The notes: a model not told the origin generated them from the sequence alone. A DNA stretch of 64,000 nt from Fimbriimonadales bacterium (GCA_045862955.1 BTVI01000002.1:32001-96000); one strand, 5' to 3'. Counted from the first letter of the stretch, positions 19,340 through 30,635 are shown. Numbers and translations are program-made.

Positions 19340-20918
19340 CCTCGTGCGTGCGCCCGCCTCGTCCGCCCCCACCGCCGAGGTCATCCGTGCCGCGGGACTT
19401 GGGGATGCCGGGTTGTAGCGAGTTGTCAATGGTGACATCCCACTTTCTCGACAGGACGTTTCCCATCCAGTCTCGCGCCCTGATCTCGAAAGAGTGCCTG
19501 CCGTCTGACAACGGCCTCACCAGATCCTCTGATCGCATCTGGTAGAGCACGATACCCTTGAGCGGGTCGAAGAGAGGAGTGTCGCCGCTAGGCTTCAGCG
19601 GCTCGCCGTCTAACAGCAGCTCTACGCTGTCCTCGACGATGCCTGAGCCGAGGTCCTCCAAGCCCACCTGCACGTACAGGGGAGGCCGACCCGAGATCAT
19701 GTCGCCAGGCGCTGGTACCAGGTGCAGCACGTTGGGTGGAGTGAGGTCCACGGCATCCTTGGCGCTGAAAGCGAATAGCTGGCCGTATTCGGTTAGTACC
19801 AACAGGGTCTCGCTCGCGACGGTGGGTTCTGAGGAGATGCTGGACCATGTCGGGGTGCGGGTGGTACCGCCGCTAGACACGCGCAGTCCCGGAGGCGGTT
19901 TCAGTAGGTAGGCCCACAGCGTCGCACCAGACCCGCTATCCAGGCCATAGACGAGGCCACGGCGCAATGGCAATACTAGTGTGTCGCCTGCGATAGTGGG
20001 GGACGCCTCGAGCGGATAGGGCATTGCAACCGGCTTTTGCCATGATTGCCTGCCGCTCATATCGAACGCGAATACCTTTCCGTCCTCGGTGGCAGTGTAC
20101 ACGTGTCGGCCGTCGGATGCCGGTGAGAGTGCCGCAGCACCACCGAGGGCCTTGGACCACCTCGTCCGTCCATTGGCAGGGTTCAACGCGACGAGCGAAT
20201 TCCCAGAGTTCACGAACATGTATTCGCCAGAGACGGCGAGATAGGCGCCGCGAGACAGTCCCGTAAGCCGCTGGCGATAGCGTGCCTTACCGGTCGGAGG
20301 GGTAATCCCGTGGATCACACCTTCTTCCGATAGCGCCAGCAAATTGCCCTCTGCCACGCACAGCGGACCTTGGATAGCGGCCCCCGCGTTGTAAGGCTCG
20401 GTCCACACTGGACTGCCCGACTTGCCGTCTAACGCGAACACACGTCCGTCGTTCGTCCCGATGTAAACGACGCCATTCGCATAAGTCGGTGGCGTCGTAA
20501 TGGACACGCGAGCGTTGAACTGCCATACCAACCTGCCTGCGTCTGCTGACAGCACGTAAAGAGAGCCGTCGGACGCTGCACAGAACACTAGCCCATCACC
20601 AACGGCGGGGGTCAGCCGAAAACTGGCAGGGCTCTTTTGTCCAGCAGGGTACTCCCAAATGACAGCTCCATCCGCGAGCCGCAGTGCGGTTATCCGCCCC
20701 CCGAGGCCGACGTATACGACTCCATCAACGACGACAGGCGAGGCGAGCGTCTTGGTTCCCGACTCTCCGAGCCACTGCCACTTGAGCGCTGCGGGCACCG
20801 TCAACGCGCTCGCCGCCCCTGAATGCTCCGGCCCGCCCCGGTGCATGGGCGACTCGGCAGCCGCACAGACTGCGAAGAGTATGGGAAGCGCAATAAGTGC
20901 GGGCGTCTTTGTCCTCAT
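19326..20918 (-). CDS. Exported PQQ-like (BamB-type) beta-propeller protein with C-terminal Ig-like domain
   Basis: Signal peptide; repeated SP...G.VY......ALD..SG...W units. Confidence 0.8.
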   Translation of the reverse strand: MRTKTPALIALPILFAVCAAAESPMHRGGPEHSGAASALTVPAALKWQWLGESGTKTLASPVVVDGVVYVGLGGRITALRLADGAVIWEYPAGQKSPASFRLTPAVGDGLVFCAASDGSLYVLSADAGRLVWQFNARVSITTPPTYANGVVYIGTNDGRVFALDGKSGSPVWTEPYNAGAAIQGPLCVAEGNLLALSEEGVIHGITPPTGKARYRQRLTGLSRGAYLAVSGEYMFVNSGNSLVALNPANGRTRWSKALGGAAALSPASDGRHVYTATEDGKVFAFDMSGRQSWQKPVAMPYPLEASPTIAGDTLVLPLRRGLVYGLDSGSGATLWAYLLKPPPGLRVSSGGTTRTPTWSSISSEPTVASETLLVLTEYGQLFAFSAKDAVDLTPPNVLHLVPAPGDMISGRPPLYVQVGLEDLGSGIVEDSVELLLDGEPLKPSGDTPLFDPLKGIVLYQMRSEDLVRPLSDGRHSFEIRARDWMGNVLSRKWDVTIDNSLQPGIPKSRGTDDLGGGGGRGGRTHEGGGG

Positions 20919-21132
20919 ATTCAGCCGACCTCTCTTTGAACTGCTGTGCCGCGTCTGACGAGTAAGTATAGATGCTCGTCCGACTGCGTGTCAAAACGCG
21001 TGCGGGCTTCCTTCAATACGCTTTCCTGCTGCTCCATCGTTCATCTTCGGGGTCGGTAACGCACTACCTGCTCGGGACCGAAAAGGTTGGCCGCTGTATC
21101 GCCCAGCTCCCGAGACCCCCGCAAATTACCTG

Positions 21133-21161
21133 TTGCCGTGGTGCGGAATTCGGTGTATACT
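21133..21161 (+). promoter_or_regulatory. Sigma70-type promoter
   Basis: TTGCCG-17-TATACT. Confidence 0.55.
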
Positions 21162-21259
21162 AGGCTTGACGTCTATCGGCGTCGGACCGTATTTGTGACG
21201 GATTCGTGTTTTGATTGACCGGTCCGCCGCTCGGAGGGGCTTCATGAAGGAGCCTCGGA

Positions 21260-21970
21260 GTGGGCCGGAATGAAATGGGTGGTAAACCGTTGAACCGATT
21301 GGTTGGTTTGTGCCTGGGTGGGCTGGCCGTGCTGATTCCCGTCAGCGCGCATGCCTATTTGGCTGACCTATATTTCCGGAACCTCGAGACGGGCGTTCGT
21401 AGCTTCGTTACGCCTGTCCAGCCCGGAGATAGGGTCGCCATCAGCTTCGACTTTTCCACTGGCACGGATGAAGCGTGGACGGAACTTTCCGGGTTCATCA
21501 ATTTCCAGGGTTCCAGTATCGTGACTTGGGCGGTCGCGCAGCAGATCGTTCAGTACATCCGCGACTTCCACGACATCCCCGGGCTCCCGTACACCACCTT
21601 CGTGTATGGGCCAGGTGAGGTGCGAAACGACAAGTTCGATCCGGGCCGGCAGAGCGCCACTTTCATCACGTCCGCAGGGCTCTACTGGCGGATGAACATC
21701 AACCCGAACGAATACCAAGCGAAGCACGGCTTCAACCGGATTGCCGAGTTCACGGTGCCTCTAGATGCACAAATAGGGGAAACGCTCGAGTTCGGCCGTC
21801 GCAATCTGCTCGGCACGAACGATGTCTCGTCACGGATCATCGACTCGGCCAATCGCCGAGATGGCCTGCAGTTCAACCGAATCATCGTGGTGCCGGAACC
21901 TGCAGGCGTTGCCAGTTTGCTCTTCGGCATCTGGGCTCTTGCTGCGCTAGGTAGACGAAAGCGAGAATAG
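21260..21970 (+). CDS. PEP-CTERM surface protein
   Basis: Signal peptide ending SAHA; C-terminal VPEPAG, TM segment, RRKRE. Confidence 0.83.
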   Translation: MGRNEMGGKPLNRLVGLCLGGLAVLIPVSAHAYLADLYFRNLETGVRSFVTPVQPGDRVAISFDFSTGTDEAWTELSGFINFQGSSIVTWAVAQQIVQYIRDFHDIPGLPYTTFVYGPGEVRNDKFDPGRQSATFITSAGLYWRMNINPNEYQAKHGFNRIAEFTVPLDAQIGETLEFGRRNLLGTNDVSSRIIDSANRRDGLQFNRIIVVPEPAGVASLLFGIWALAALGRRKRE

Positions 21971-22123
21971 GGTTCTCCAGGCTTGCAGCATCCACGTCCT
22001 TGCTGCTCACGGCCCCGGCCACTCGGCCGGGGCCGATGCCTTTGGGATCCGCCGGGGCCGCCGGGTTGTGCCAGAATCCGTCGGGCTCCGTGCGCGGCAG
22101 CCCTTAGAACAGGGAGGGTGAGC

Positions 22124-23047
22124 ATGAAGGTTTCCATCATCGGCGGCGGTGGTCGTGTAGGCTCGAACGCCGCCTTCGCACTGCAGCAGGGGCGCGTCGT
22201 CCGTGAGATCGTGATTGTGGATGCGGCTCAGGACATGGCGGCAGGTGAGGCGCTCGATCTTCGGCACGGTGCGTCGCTTTCGGCACCTCAGATCATTCGG
22301 GCAGGGGGATACGAAGCGGTTGCTGGGTCGGACTGCGTGGTTATCACTGCTGGACTGCGCCGCAAGCCCGACGAATCTCGGCTCGACCTGATCAACCGAA
22401 ATGTAGCGCTTTTCGGCGAAATCTTGGACAGTTTGATGTCTGTGGAGTTGGCTCAGGGGGCGTGCATCTTGGTGGTGTCCAACCCGGTCGACATCCTCAC
22501 GCAGCTCGCATTCACAAAGACCAAGATGGATCGGTCGAAGGTTTTCGGATTGGGCACCGTGCTCGATACGTGCCGGTTTCGCTCCTTCCTCGGCGAGTTC
22601 TTCAACGTTGCCGCCACCGATGTGAAGGCTCTGATCCTCGGCGAGCACGGCGACTCCATGGTGCCGATATGGAGCAGCGCTACCATCAACGGTGTGGCGT
22701 TGAGCAGCTTCCCGGGATATTCGCCGCAGAAGATGAATGAGATTTTCGATATGACGAAAACCAGCGGTGCTGAGGTGATCCGCCAGAAGGGGGGCGCAGG
22801 CTGGGCCGTAGGCGTGTCCATCCGCGAGGTGGTAGAGGCGGTGGCGCTAAACAAGCGTGCGGTCTTGCCCATCTCCGTGTATCAGGAGGGTGTACTGGGG
22901 ATCCGGGACGTCTGTCTTTCACTTCCCACGATCGTGGACCGGAGCGGAGCAGCGGCAGTGATCGAGCCTGTGGTGAGCGACAGCGAGCGGGAGCTGCTAC
23001 TGAAATCCGCGGAGTCCCTCCGGGAAGTTCTGGGCAAGGTGCTGTAG
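22124..23047 (+). CDS. mdh: LDH-like malate dehydrogenase
   Basis: IIGGGGRVG, AGLRRKPDESR (Arg at the specificity position), NPVD, GEHGDS. Confidence 0.78.
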   Translation: MKVSIIGGGGRVGSNAAFALQQGRVVREIVIVDAAQDMAAGEALDLRHGASLSAPQIIRAGGYEAVAGSDCVVITAGLRRKPDESRLDLINRNVALFGEILDSLMSVELAQGACILVVSNPVDILTQLAFTKTKMDRSKVFGLGTVLDTCRFRSFLGEFFNVAATDVKALILGEHGDSMVPIWSSATINGVALSSFPGYSPQKMNEIFDMTKTSGAEVIRQKGGAGWAVGVSIREVVEAVALNKRAVLPISVYQEGVLGIRDVCLSLPTIVDRSGAAAVIEPVVSDSERELLLKSAESLREVLGKVL

Positions 23048-23223
23048 GTCTCGCGACATTCCGGTCTTGGTGCTGCGCATCTGCCCGATTGGCGTCTCAA
23101 CTGTCTATCCCTCACCCTATCGCTGTGGCGAGGGAAGAGCGCTTTACTAGCTAACCCTTGCCACGGGCACTAATGGGGGCTTGGTATGAGACCCGCCTAG
23201 CGAGTCGCAGTTACTGCGCTCCA

Positions 23224-23594
23224 TCATGCTGAGCCTGCCGTCATGCGTAGTGCGGGGTCATGCTGAGCTTGTCGTCATGCGTACTGCGTGGACATGCTTG
23301 GGCTGCCGTCAGGCGTAGTGCGTGGTCATGCTTAGCCTTTCGTCATGCTGAGCTTGTCGAAGCATGCGGCCGACTGCCGCGCGAACTCTGTTTGATGTGC
23401 CACACCTATACCCGGTCGCCTGGCTCGAAGATCTCAGCAGGAAGGTGCCGGCTGGTGGTTCTTACGCCTATCCCTCACCACTCGCAGAGGATGGGTCGCT
23501 AGCTCCGTCATGCTGCGCCAGTCGTCATGCGTAGTGCGGGGTCATGCGTGGGCTGCCGTCATGCTGAGCTTGCCGAAGCATGCGGCCGACTGCC
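23224..23594. repeat. Two clusters of degenerate 17-bp TCATGC-headed tandem units, each ending in a full REP-like copy
   Basis: Unit starts 23224, 23241, 23258, 23275, 23292, 23309, 23326, 23343 and 23508, 23525, 23542, 23559. Confidence 0.88.
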
Positions 23595-23634
23595 ACCATG
23601 GCAGGGTCAGTCGTGTACATGCGACTTGCGATGC

Positions 23635-23887
23635 CATGCTTCGACAGGCTCAGCATGACGGCGCTCGGGGGTCCGCTAGGGGATGTGGCCTCATGCTTCG
23701 ACAGGCTCACCATGACGGTGCTCGGGGGTCCGCTAGGGGATGCGGCCTCATGCTTCGCCAGGCTCAGCATGACGGCGCTCGGGGGCGCGCCGAGGGATGC
23801 GGCCTCGTGCTTCGCCAGGCTCAGCATGACGGCGCTTGGGGGTCCGCTAGGGGATGCGGCCTCATGCTTCGACAGGCTCAGCATGAC
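23635..23887. repeat. 57-bp tandem array with five copies of the 25-bp REP-like CATGCTTCGACAGGCTCAGCATGAC
   Basis: Copies at 23635, 23692, 23749, 23806, 23863; 32-bp linkers nearly identical. Confidence 0.92.
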
Positions 23888-23909
23888 GATATTGGCTAGC
23901 GACCCCTAC

Positions 23910-25220
23910 CTACGCTTGCAGGTCCATCGTGCCAGCGAGGTACGACTCGTACGCAGACAGGTCGAAGTGGCCGTGGCCCGAGAGGTTGAATGCGATCACC
24001 CACGGCTCACCCGCTTCCTTGGCACGCAGCGCGTGAAGGATAGCGGAGTGAACTGCGTGTGCAGATTCGGGCGCGGGAATCGTTCCCTCGCAACGCGCGA
24101 AGGTGATGGCGCTCTGGAACACCTCGCCCTGGTGGTAAGCCTCCGCCTCGATCACCCCCTCTGCCAGTAGGTGGCTGACAAGCGGCGCAGAGCCGTGATA
24201 GCGCAGGCCGCCTGCGTGCACGGGAGGCGGGATGAACTTGTGCCCGAGCGTGTGCATCATGATGAGCGGTGTGGTCTCGGCAGTGTCGCCGAAATCGTAT
24301 TCGCGCTTGCCGCCTGTTAGCGTCGGACAAGCGGAAGGCTCCACGGCGATGATGCGCGTCCTGGTCTTCCCCGACTTGATCTTGTCATGCGCGAAGGGGA
24401 TCGCGAAACCGCCGAAGTTGCTGCCTCCGCCGTGACAAGCTATCACGTAATCAGGATATTCTCCCGCGATCTCCATCTGCTTCCTTGCCTCCAGGCCTAT
24501 CACCGTCTGGTGCAGTAACACATGATTGAGAACGCTGCCAAGCGAGTAGTTGGTATCATCACGCCCAGCTGCATCCTCGACGGCTTCCGAGATCGCGATG
24601 CCTAGCGAGCCAGGTGAGTCCGGATGCTCGGCGAGGATCCTGCGGCCAGCGTTCGTCAACTCGGACGGACTGGCTACGATCTCAGCCCCGTAGGTCTTCA
24701 TCATGATACGGCGGTACGGCTTCTGATCATAGCTGACACGTACCATGTACACCATGCACTCGAGACCCATCAGGCGGCAGGCGCAGGACAGCGCCGAGCC
24801 CCACTGACCGGCGCCCGTCTCCGTTGCTAGTCTCTTGATGCCGGCTTCGCGGTTGTAATATGCTTGCACCAGAGCGGTGTTCAGTTTGTGGCTGCCCACC
24901 GGGCTGTGGTGCTCGGACTTGTAGTAGATGTGTGCAGGGGTGTCGAGCGCCTCTTCCAGTGCACGCGCGCGGAACAGCGGAGTGGGCCGGTACAGCCGAT
25001 AGATGTCACGCACCTCGTCCGGAATCTCGATCCATCTCTCCGGCGACATCTCTTGTTGAATGAGCTCCATCGGAAAGATGGCCGCCAGGTCCTGTGGTCC
25101 GATGGGCTGCTTAGTGCCCGGATGTAACGGGGGCGGCAAGGGACTCGGCAGGTCCGGCAGGATGTTGTAGAAGTGCGAAGGGATCTCGGATTCGGGAAGC
25201 GTGATCTTGGTGTCGGTCAT
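23910..25220 (-). CDS. trpB2: TrpB-like PLP enzyme (tryptophan synthase beta, type 2)
   Basis: [48 protein letters not shown]. Confidence 0.93.
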   Translation of the reverse strand: MTDTKITLPESEIPSHFYNILPDLPSPLPPPLHPGTKQPIGPQDLAAIFPMELIQQEMSPERWIEIPDEVRDIYRLYRPTPLFRARALEEALDTPAHIYYKSEHHSPVGSHKLNTALVQAYYNREAGIKRLATETGAGQWGSALSCACRLMGLECMVYMVRVSYDQKPYRRIMMKTYGAEIVASPSELTNAGRRILAEHPDSPGSLGIAISEAVEDAAGRDDTNYSLGSVLNHVLLHQTVIGLEARKQMEIAGEYPDYVIACHGGGSNFGGFAIPFAHDKIKSGKTRTRIIAVEPSACPTLTGGKREYDFGDTAETTPLIMMHTLGHKFIPPPVHAGGLRYHGSAPLVSHLLAEGVIEAEAYHQGEVFQSAITFARCEGTIPAPESAHAVHSAILHALRAKEAGEPWVIAFNLSGHGHFDLSAYESYLAGTMDLQA

Positions 25221-25401
25221 GGTTCGGCTATCCTCGGTTCTGGTTCTCGTGGGGCCGACCGGGGCCCGCAAATGATATTGTCGGCGATTCTTGCACATGC
25301 GGGACCACGGCCGGTCCCCGAGAACGGCCCAGGACGGCGGAAGGTGCGGAACGCCGCAAAGTCGTACCGGTTGAGGAACAGGCACTTCAGGAGAAGGGAA
25401 G

Positions 25402-27261
25402 ATGGACGTAGAGTGCAGGCGCGAGGGCGACCGGTGGTTCTTCGGTCTGGACGGTGAAGTGTGGGGCGAGGTGCCTCCACCGCCGTCAGAGATCGAAACG
25501 CAAGACCGATTTGATCAAGTTCAGCCCGAAATCTTTCACTGGACTCGTGTTTGGCGAGCCAAGCAGTCTGGCCCCGTGCGGCCGACGATGGACTTCCATG
25601 CTGGCCACCGGGCGGAGTATTCGATGATCCCGGGAGTTTCGTACGACGGCAATCGGTGGGGTAGCGGCAACGAGCCGAAAGGGTTCGAACTGCACGGCGA
25701 ACCGTGGGTCTTCGCCTCGCACCGCACCTCGGTGCCGGGTTGCACCTACTCCGAGGGTGCGGGCCGGTCGGTGGCCCTGTTCGGGGCTGGCACGAAGGGA
25801 GGCTTCTCGTGCTCTCTCGTTCCAGAGGCCGACCGGACCCTCCATCGCCTGGTGTGGCCGGAGGAGGAGACGCCGCAGACATACGTGGCCCGAGACAAGT
25901 ATGGCCCGCCGTATCGCGATACGCTGCTCCTGTCCGAGGGCCAGAGCGCGATTGCCTCTGCTTACCTCGTGTTCGCCGACGCCTCGAAATCGAAGACGGC
26001 TTGGAGGACCGCACTCGACCATGCATGGGACCTGAACCATCACGAGGTCAGCCCGTGGTTCCCTCCTTCGGATCTGTGGCGGTTGGGTGTCCGCTATGCC
26101 AAAGAGAGCCTTTGGGCGGAAGAGGGACCGTTTCGCGGCTTCAGCATCGGGTTGGTGTGGACCGAGAGTGGCTGGCGACAACGTCCGACTCGCAAGTACG
26201 AGATCGGGTGGGCGGGGCAGAACGGCTCGCTGGCAAACTCGCTGCTGTGGGACTACCTGAAGAACGGTGACGAGGACTCGAGGGACAAGGCGTTGTCTTG
26301 CTTGGATGCTTGGGCGGAACACGGCAGGCTAGGCGGTGGGCTGTTCTTGCACCTATTCGACTTCGTGTTAGGTGGCTGCAAGAGCCCGCCGGAAATAGAC
26401 GCCTGCAACCTGGGAGATGCGGCGCTGGAGTTCCTCGAAGCCGCCGTGCTGTGTGAACGGTGTGGTGTCTCACGACCCACCTATCGGCAAGTAGGTCTGG
26501 ATATCTGCGAGTTCATCGTGCGACAGATGGCACCTACCGGGAGGATCGGTAGAGCGTGGGCGCAGGACGGGACGCTCACGCATGCCGATGGTACCATCGG
26601 AGCCTTCTGCATCCCACCGCTCCTCCGAGCACACGAGCTGATGCGAGAGCCACGCTACCTGGATGCGGCGCAGAGGGCATATGAGTATTACATCGGCGGC
26701 TTGCTCGAGCAAGGATTCACCACCGCCGGCGCACTCGATACCGATTGCATTGACAAGGAGTCTGCCTTACCACTCATGGACTCCGGCGTGTGGCTATACC
26801 GTCTTACGAGCGAACCGCGGTATCTCGAGTGGGCGGAGGATGCAGCGTACTACCTGGCATCCTGGCAGTGGCATCACACCGTACCGTTCGGCGCAGATAC
26901 CACCCTCGGCAAGTTAGGTTATGACACGTTCGGTGGCACCTCGGTCTCCGCACAACACCACCATCAGGACCCGTTTGCGCTATCCTTCGTGCCATCGTTC
27001 TTGGAGCTGGCGCGCCTCACCGGCAACGAGCGGTGGCGACAGCGCGCTAGAGCCGCGTGGGCGAACGGCACCATCGGAATCTCGGACGGCGACCTGGTCA
27101 TCCGTGGCAAGCTGCGGCCGGCCGGCAGCCAGGATGAAGCCTTCTTCCACACGCGCTGGCTGGACTTCGGCGATGTGTGCGACTGGCTGGTCTCTTGGCC
27201 CACCGCCTTCCGCCTCTGCACCCTCCGCCGCCTGCCGGATTGGTCAGTATTGGATGGCTAG
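25402..27261 (+). CDS. Hypothetical protein, probable (alpha/alpha)-toroid carbohydrate-active enzyme
   Basis: Helical C-terminal repeats such as EPRYLDAA and EPRYLEWAE; Trp-rich; AGGAGA upstream. Confidence 0.5.
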   Translation: MDVECRREGDRWFFGLDGEVWGEVPPPPSEIETQDRFDQVQPEIFHWTRVWRAKQSGPVRPTMDFHAGHRAEYSMIPGVSYDGNRWGSGNEPKGFELHGEPWVFASHRTSVPGCTYSEGAGRSVALFGAGTKGGFSCSLVPEADRTLHRLVWPEEETPQTYVARDKYGPPYRDTLLLSEGQSAIASAYLVFADASKSKTAWRTALDHAWDLNHHEVSPWFPPSDLWRLGVRYAKESLWAEEGPFRGFSIGLVWTESGWRQRPTRKYEIGWAGQNGSLANSLLWDYLKNGDEDSRDKALSCLDAWAEHGRLGGGLFLHLFDFVLGGCKSPPEIDACNLGDAALEFLEAAVLCERCGVSRPTYRQVGLDICEFIVRQMAPTGRIGRAWAQDGTLTHADGTIGAFCIPPLLRAHELMREPRYLDAAQRAYEYYIGGLLEQGFTTAGALDTDCIDKESALPLMDSGVWLYRLTSEPRYLEWAEDAAYYLASWQWHHTVPFGADTTLGKLGYDTFGGTSVSAQHHHQDPFALSFVPSFLELARLTGNERWRQRARAAWANGTIGISDGDLVIRGKLRPAGSQDEAFFHTRWLDFGDVCDWLVSWPTAFRLCTLRRLPDWSVLDG

Positions 27262-30200
27262 GTTCTCGCGAGGTTCCACAACCTGCCAATACATGCGATC
27301 CAGTCCATCATAGCATTGTCCGCCACTGCGGGATCGGTCAGAGGTTCGTCAACGTGGGCTACGTGCTTTCCGCGGAATTTATTGATTGCCCCGAGTTGAG
27401 CGTACAGCCCGTCGAACCGGTAGTCGGAGAATACTCGGCGCACGTCATCCCACACGCCGGCAATGCGGATGTCATTACGGGACCCGAACTCCAGGCAAAA
27501 CAAGAGTGTGCCTATGCGGTTAGAGTTGGCTCGGTGAACGAGGTTCCGTTGCAGGTTTCGCTGGTTCTTCTGGAGCGCTGCCACCAGTGGGCTCGGCAGG
27601 CCCTCGACATGCGGATCGAAGTAGTAGCGCTGTTCATCGGGCGACTGCGGAACACAGGGACCGAGATAGCGCACGAGGATCTCACCGCACAGTTGCTCTA
27701 GCGGATACAGGAGCGGTTGGAAGGCTGCTCCGTACTGAGGGTAGTTCTTGGCACGGTCATACTCCAACTGGTTCACGGCTTGCGAGACATACTCGCTCAG
27801 TGCGCTTGGCAGTTCGGCTATCCCGGCAGCGATCGCCATCTTGCTGACTCTTTCCTGCTTCACCTCGTCGGGAGTAAGCTCCAGCGGCAGCTCAGCCTGA
27901 GTGGTCTTCGCCGTCTGGAGCAGCGCCTTGAGCCTAGGCGCACATGTTCTCGCCAGTGCTTCGATGGAGAACTCGGCCTGGGCTTCCAGCAGCAGCATCG
28001 GCACGTAGAGATAGTGCCACCTCTGGTCCTTCGAGGACGCGCTGCGGCACCACTCCACCGCGGCCGCCGCCTTGAGAGGAACCGAGGGATCTTCCTGACC
28101 CTTGGTCTCCACGAGATAGTAGTCTCCCGATTTGGCACGCACGATGAAGTCGGGCCAGTACAGCTGAGGGCGACCACTCTTCCCCAAGTAGTCGAGTGTG
28201 AGCTTCTGCGGTCCGGCGTTGCGCGCGAATGCTACGACGTCGTCCGATTGGTCGCAGAAGTCCGCAAACTGCGCCTCCAAAGAGTTGGTGCACGGCACCA
28301 GATTGAACATGGTCTTCGCTGCAGGAATGCACGGGCGCTCCGGAGTGTGAGACGCCTGGTACGGACGCCAGCCCGACACAGGGATCCGGGTATGCTGTCG
28401 CGTGCGTTCCTCTTGTCGAACCGTGCGTTGCAGAATCAGAGGAATGAACGTAGCCCGGATGTGCTCGAGAACGTCTGTGTCTCCCATACGATGGTCTACC
28501 GAGCCATCGTAGAGTGACACTTCCCGCTCGAACAGGACCTTCTCGATGAAATGTTGCATCAGCGGGGCAAGCACAGCGTGAGCGCTCTGAAGCCGGCAAG
28601 CTCGCTCGAGGTCCCTTACGAATACGCTGACTGCCGTGGCACCCATTGCGAGCAGCCCTCGGTCCACCTCGAACGACGACACCAACTCGTCGGTAAAGAG
28701 AGCGCGTTCCTCGAATGTGACTGTACGCGACGATGGCTTGTCGATAGGAAGGGGTTTGAACTTCGAACGGAAGAACTGCTCGACATCCTCCTTCGTCAGG
28801 CCTGCCAGCGTTGCGGTGGTGGTAACCGATGCGGACAGTAACGGTATCTCCAGCTCGAGTTCTTGCACCGGTTTCTTGGGATCGACGTAGATCGACACTG
28901 TGGATGGCCGGTCAGCACCGAACTCGACGACGGCAGGAAAGAGGCCCTCGGACGCTAGCTCATCACGGTACAACTTGGTAAATGCAGGGTGATCTACGAC
29001 AGTGACGCGTTCGAGTGGGCCCCCACTTCCGGGTGCTGTCATACGTCGGAGCCCTCGCCCTAACGTCTGCTCTGCCAGAATGTTCGACTCCGCCGAGTAG
29101 GGGCGCAGCGGCACGATGGTGGTAACGTTGCGCACGTCCCACCCCTCGCGCAGCATCATGACCGACACCACGCAGCGATACGGGCTATCTTCCTTGTCCA
29201 AGTCGCGCGACAGCTCTCGCAGTAGCCTGAGGTCTTCGTCCGAGATCTGCTTCTCGTTCGGCACGAACTCTCTGACTGCATTCCTGCCGCGGCCGCGTGT
29301 CCTGATGGTTCCCTTCAGATTCGTGTGTAGGTTGATCACCCGGTTCTTTAGAAGTGGGTACTCATCCGAGTTCAGTGCAGTGGCAATCTCGTCTGCTGCC
29401 CGCGTGTCCTCTGTCATCACGAATAGGATCGGCTTGTGGGTCTTCTCCCACTCCTTGTATGCCTTTTCATACTGCGCGTAACCCAGCTTGAGGTGCGTGT
29501 GATACCGCTGCCCGGCGCTATGCCCGATCCCCTCTTTGATGGCATCGGACTTCCCGATGACGGGGGCCTTGACGATCCCAGCATCCACCGCTTCGCCTAG
29601 CGGGAAGTCGCACACGATGTGGCGGAACAGCGTGCCATCGTTGTGCTTAGGCGTGGCTGTGAAGTCGAGCTGAGCACAGATGCCGGCGTTTCCCCGGTCG
29701 CGGCTCTGACGATGCAGTGTCAGAATCGCCTCGTTCCATGCCGACTCCGGATCGTGCAGATGGTGCGCCTCGTCGTTCAAAACCATGATCGTGGGGTGAG
29801 CCGCAATGCGCTTGCGCAGCTCCTCGCCCACCCGGAGCGCCTGAGCACGCTTGACCGATGGACCCGCCCAGGGAGGTGAATCGTCGGGTCTCGACGCACC
29901 TTCCTTCTCGTACAGGCGGTGAATGTTGGTAAGGTACAACGCCCCACGTCGCGACGAGCCTCCCGGCGCATCCTGCAGTACCACCTCCAGGTCGAAGTCG
30001 TCCCTCCACTCGGGTGGTAGCAGAGGGTCGGTGAAAAAGATGTTCCCAGACTCGAAGTCCTCCTTCAGCCGCTCGAACACGATCAGGTTCGGCGCAATCG
30101 CCACGAAGTGACGTGCCAAAGTAGAACAGGGCTCGAACAGACTGTGGAAGTAGCTCCATACGATGGCTAGGCTCATCACCTTCGTCTTGCCGCCACCGGT

Positions 30201-30635
30201 GGCGATCTTGCAGCAGTAGCGTGCCCAAATGTCCTCCTCCGGCAACACCGAATCCGCCAGCAAACCGGCTTCATCTTCGAGCAGCGATTCAATCATGCCC
30301 GAGAGGCTTCGGTACTGCACCACCTCGTACAGCCAGATGATCGTCTCGATCGCCTCGCGCTGGCACCAGTGGTAGCGAAAGTCACCGGGGTGTGCCGTAT
30401 CGAACCAGTGGCAGAGAAGCGTCTTCGTAGTGTCGCTCGCACCAACGTAGCCGTTGTGCCGCCACATGTCCACCTCGTGGCGTAGTCGTGGTACCAATAA
30501 GCACTTACTCGGCCTACGCCCGGCCTCCACGATCGCAGGTCCATCCTCCACCGGGTTCGGCAGGCGGTGCTTCGTGGGAGGCTCCCATGGCTCGAAAAGC
30601 GGGCGTAGCGCATCCGGGTTGAAGCTATCGCTCAC
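27258..30635 (-). CDS. res: Type III restriction enzyme Res subunit with extra C-terminal domain
   Basis: ATGGGKT, DEAH, TAT, MLREGWD, QTLGRGLR, PDFIV...LVETKG nuclease. Confidence 0.9.
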   Translation of the reverse strand: MSDSFNPDALRPLFEPWEPPTKHRLPNPVEDGPAIVEAGRRPSKCLLVPRLRHEVDMWRHNGYVGASDTTKTLLCHWFDTAHPGDFRYHWCQREAIETIIWLYEVVQYRSLSGMIESLLEDEAGLLADSVLPEEDIWARYCCKIATGGGKTKVMSLAIVWSYFHSLFEPCSTLARHFVAIAPNLIVFERLKEDFESGNIFFTDPLLPPEWRDDFDLEVVLQDAPGGSSRRGALYLTNIHRLYEKEGASRPDDSPPWAGPSVKRAQALRVGEELRKRIAAHPTIMVLNDEAHHLHDPESAWNEAILTLHRQSRDRGNAGICAQLDFTATPKHNDGTLFRHIVCDFPLGEAVDAGIVKAPVIGKSDAIKEGIGHSAGQRYHTHLKLGYAQYEKAYKEWEKTHKPILFVMTEDTRAADEIATALNSDEYPLLKNRVINLHTNLKGTIRTRGRGRNAVREFVPNEKQISDEDLRLLRELSRDLDKEDSPYRCVVSVMMLREGWDVRNVTTIVPLRPYSAESNILAEQTLGRGLRRMTAPGSGGPLERVTVVDHPAFTKLYRDELASEGLFPAVVEFGADRPSTVSIYVDPKKPVQELELEIPLLSASVTTTATLAGLTKEDVEQFFRSKFKPLPIDKPSSRTVTFEERALFTDELVSSFEVDRGLLAMGATAVSVFVRDLERACRLQSAHAVLAPLMQHFIEKVLFEREVSLYDGSVDHRMGDTDVLEHIRATFIPLILQRTVRQEERTRQHTRIPVSGWRPYQASHTPERPCIPAAKTMFNLVPCTNSLEAQFADFCDQSDDVVAFARNAGPQKLTLDYLGKSGRPQLYWPDFIVRAKSGDYYLVETKGQEDPSVPLKAAAAVEWCRSASSKDQRWHYLYVPMLLLEAQAEFSIEALARTCAPRLKALLQTAKTTQAELPLELTPDEVKQERVSKMAIAAGIAELPSALSEYVSQAVNQLEYDRAKNYPQYGAAFQPLLYPLEQLCGEILVRYLGPCVPQSPDEQRYYFDPHVEGLPSPLVAALQKNQRNLQRNLVHRANSNRIGTLLFCLEFGSRNDIRIAGVWDDVRRVFSDYRFDGLYAQLGAINKFRGKHVAHVDEPLTDPAVADNAMMDWIACIGRLWNLART

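Noticed and set aside
23635..23887. CRISPR array
   Set aside because: The 32-bp linkers are near-identical, the repeat also occurs as dispersed inverted pairs, and no cas genes are present
23260..24170. Repetitive ORFs (MLRQAQHD, MLSLSKH, CFDRLSMT)
   Set aside because: Translations of the REP array; the 57-bp period keeps frames open
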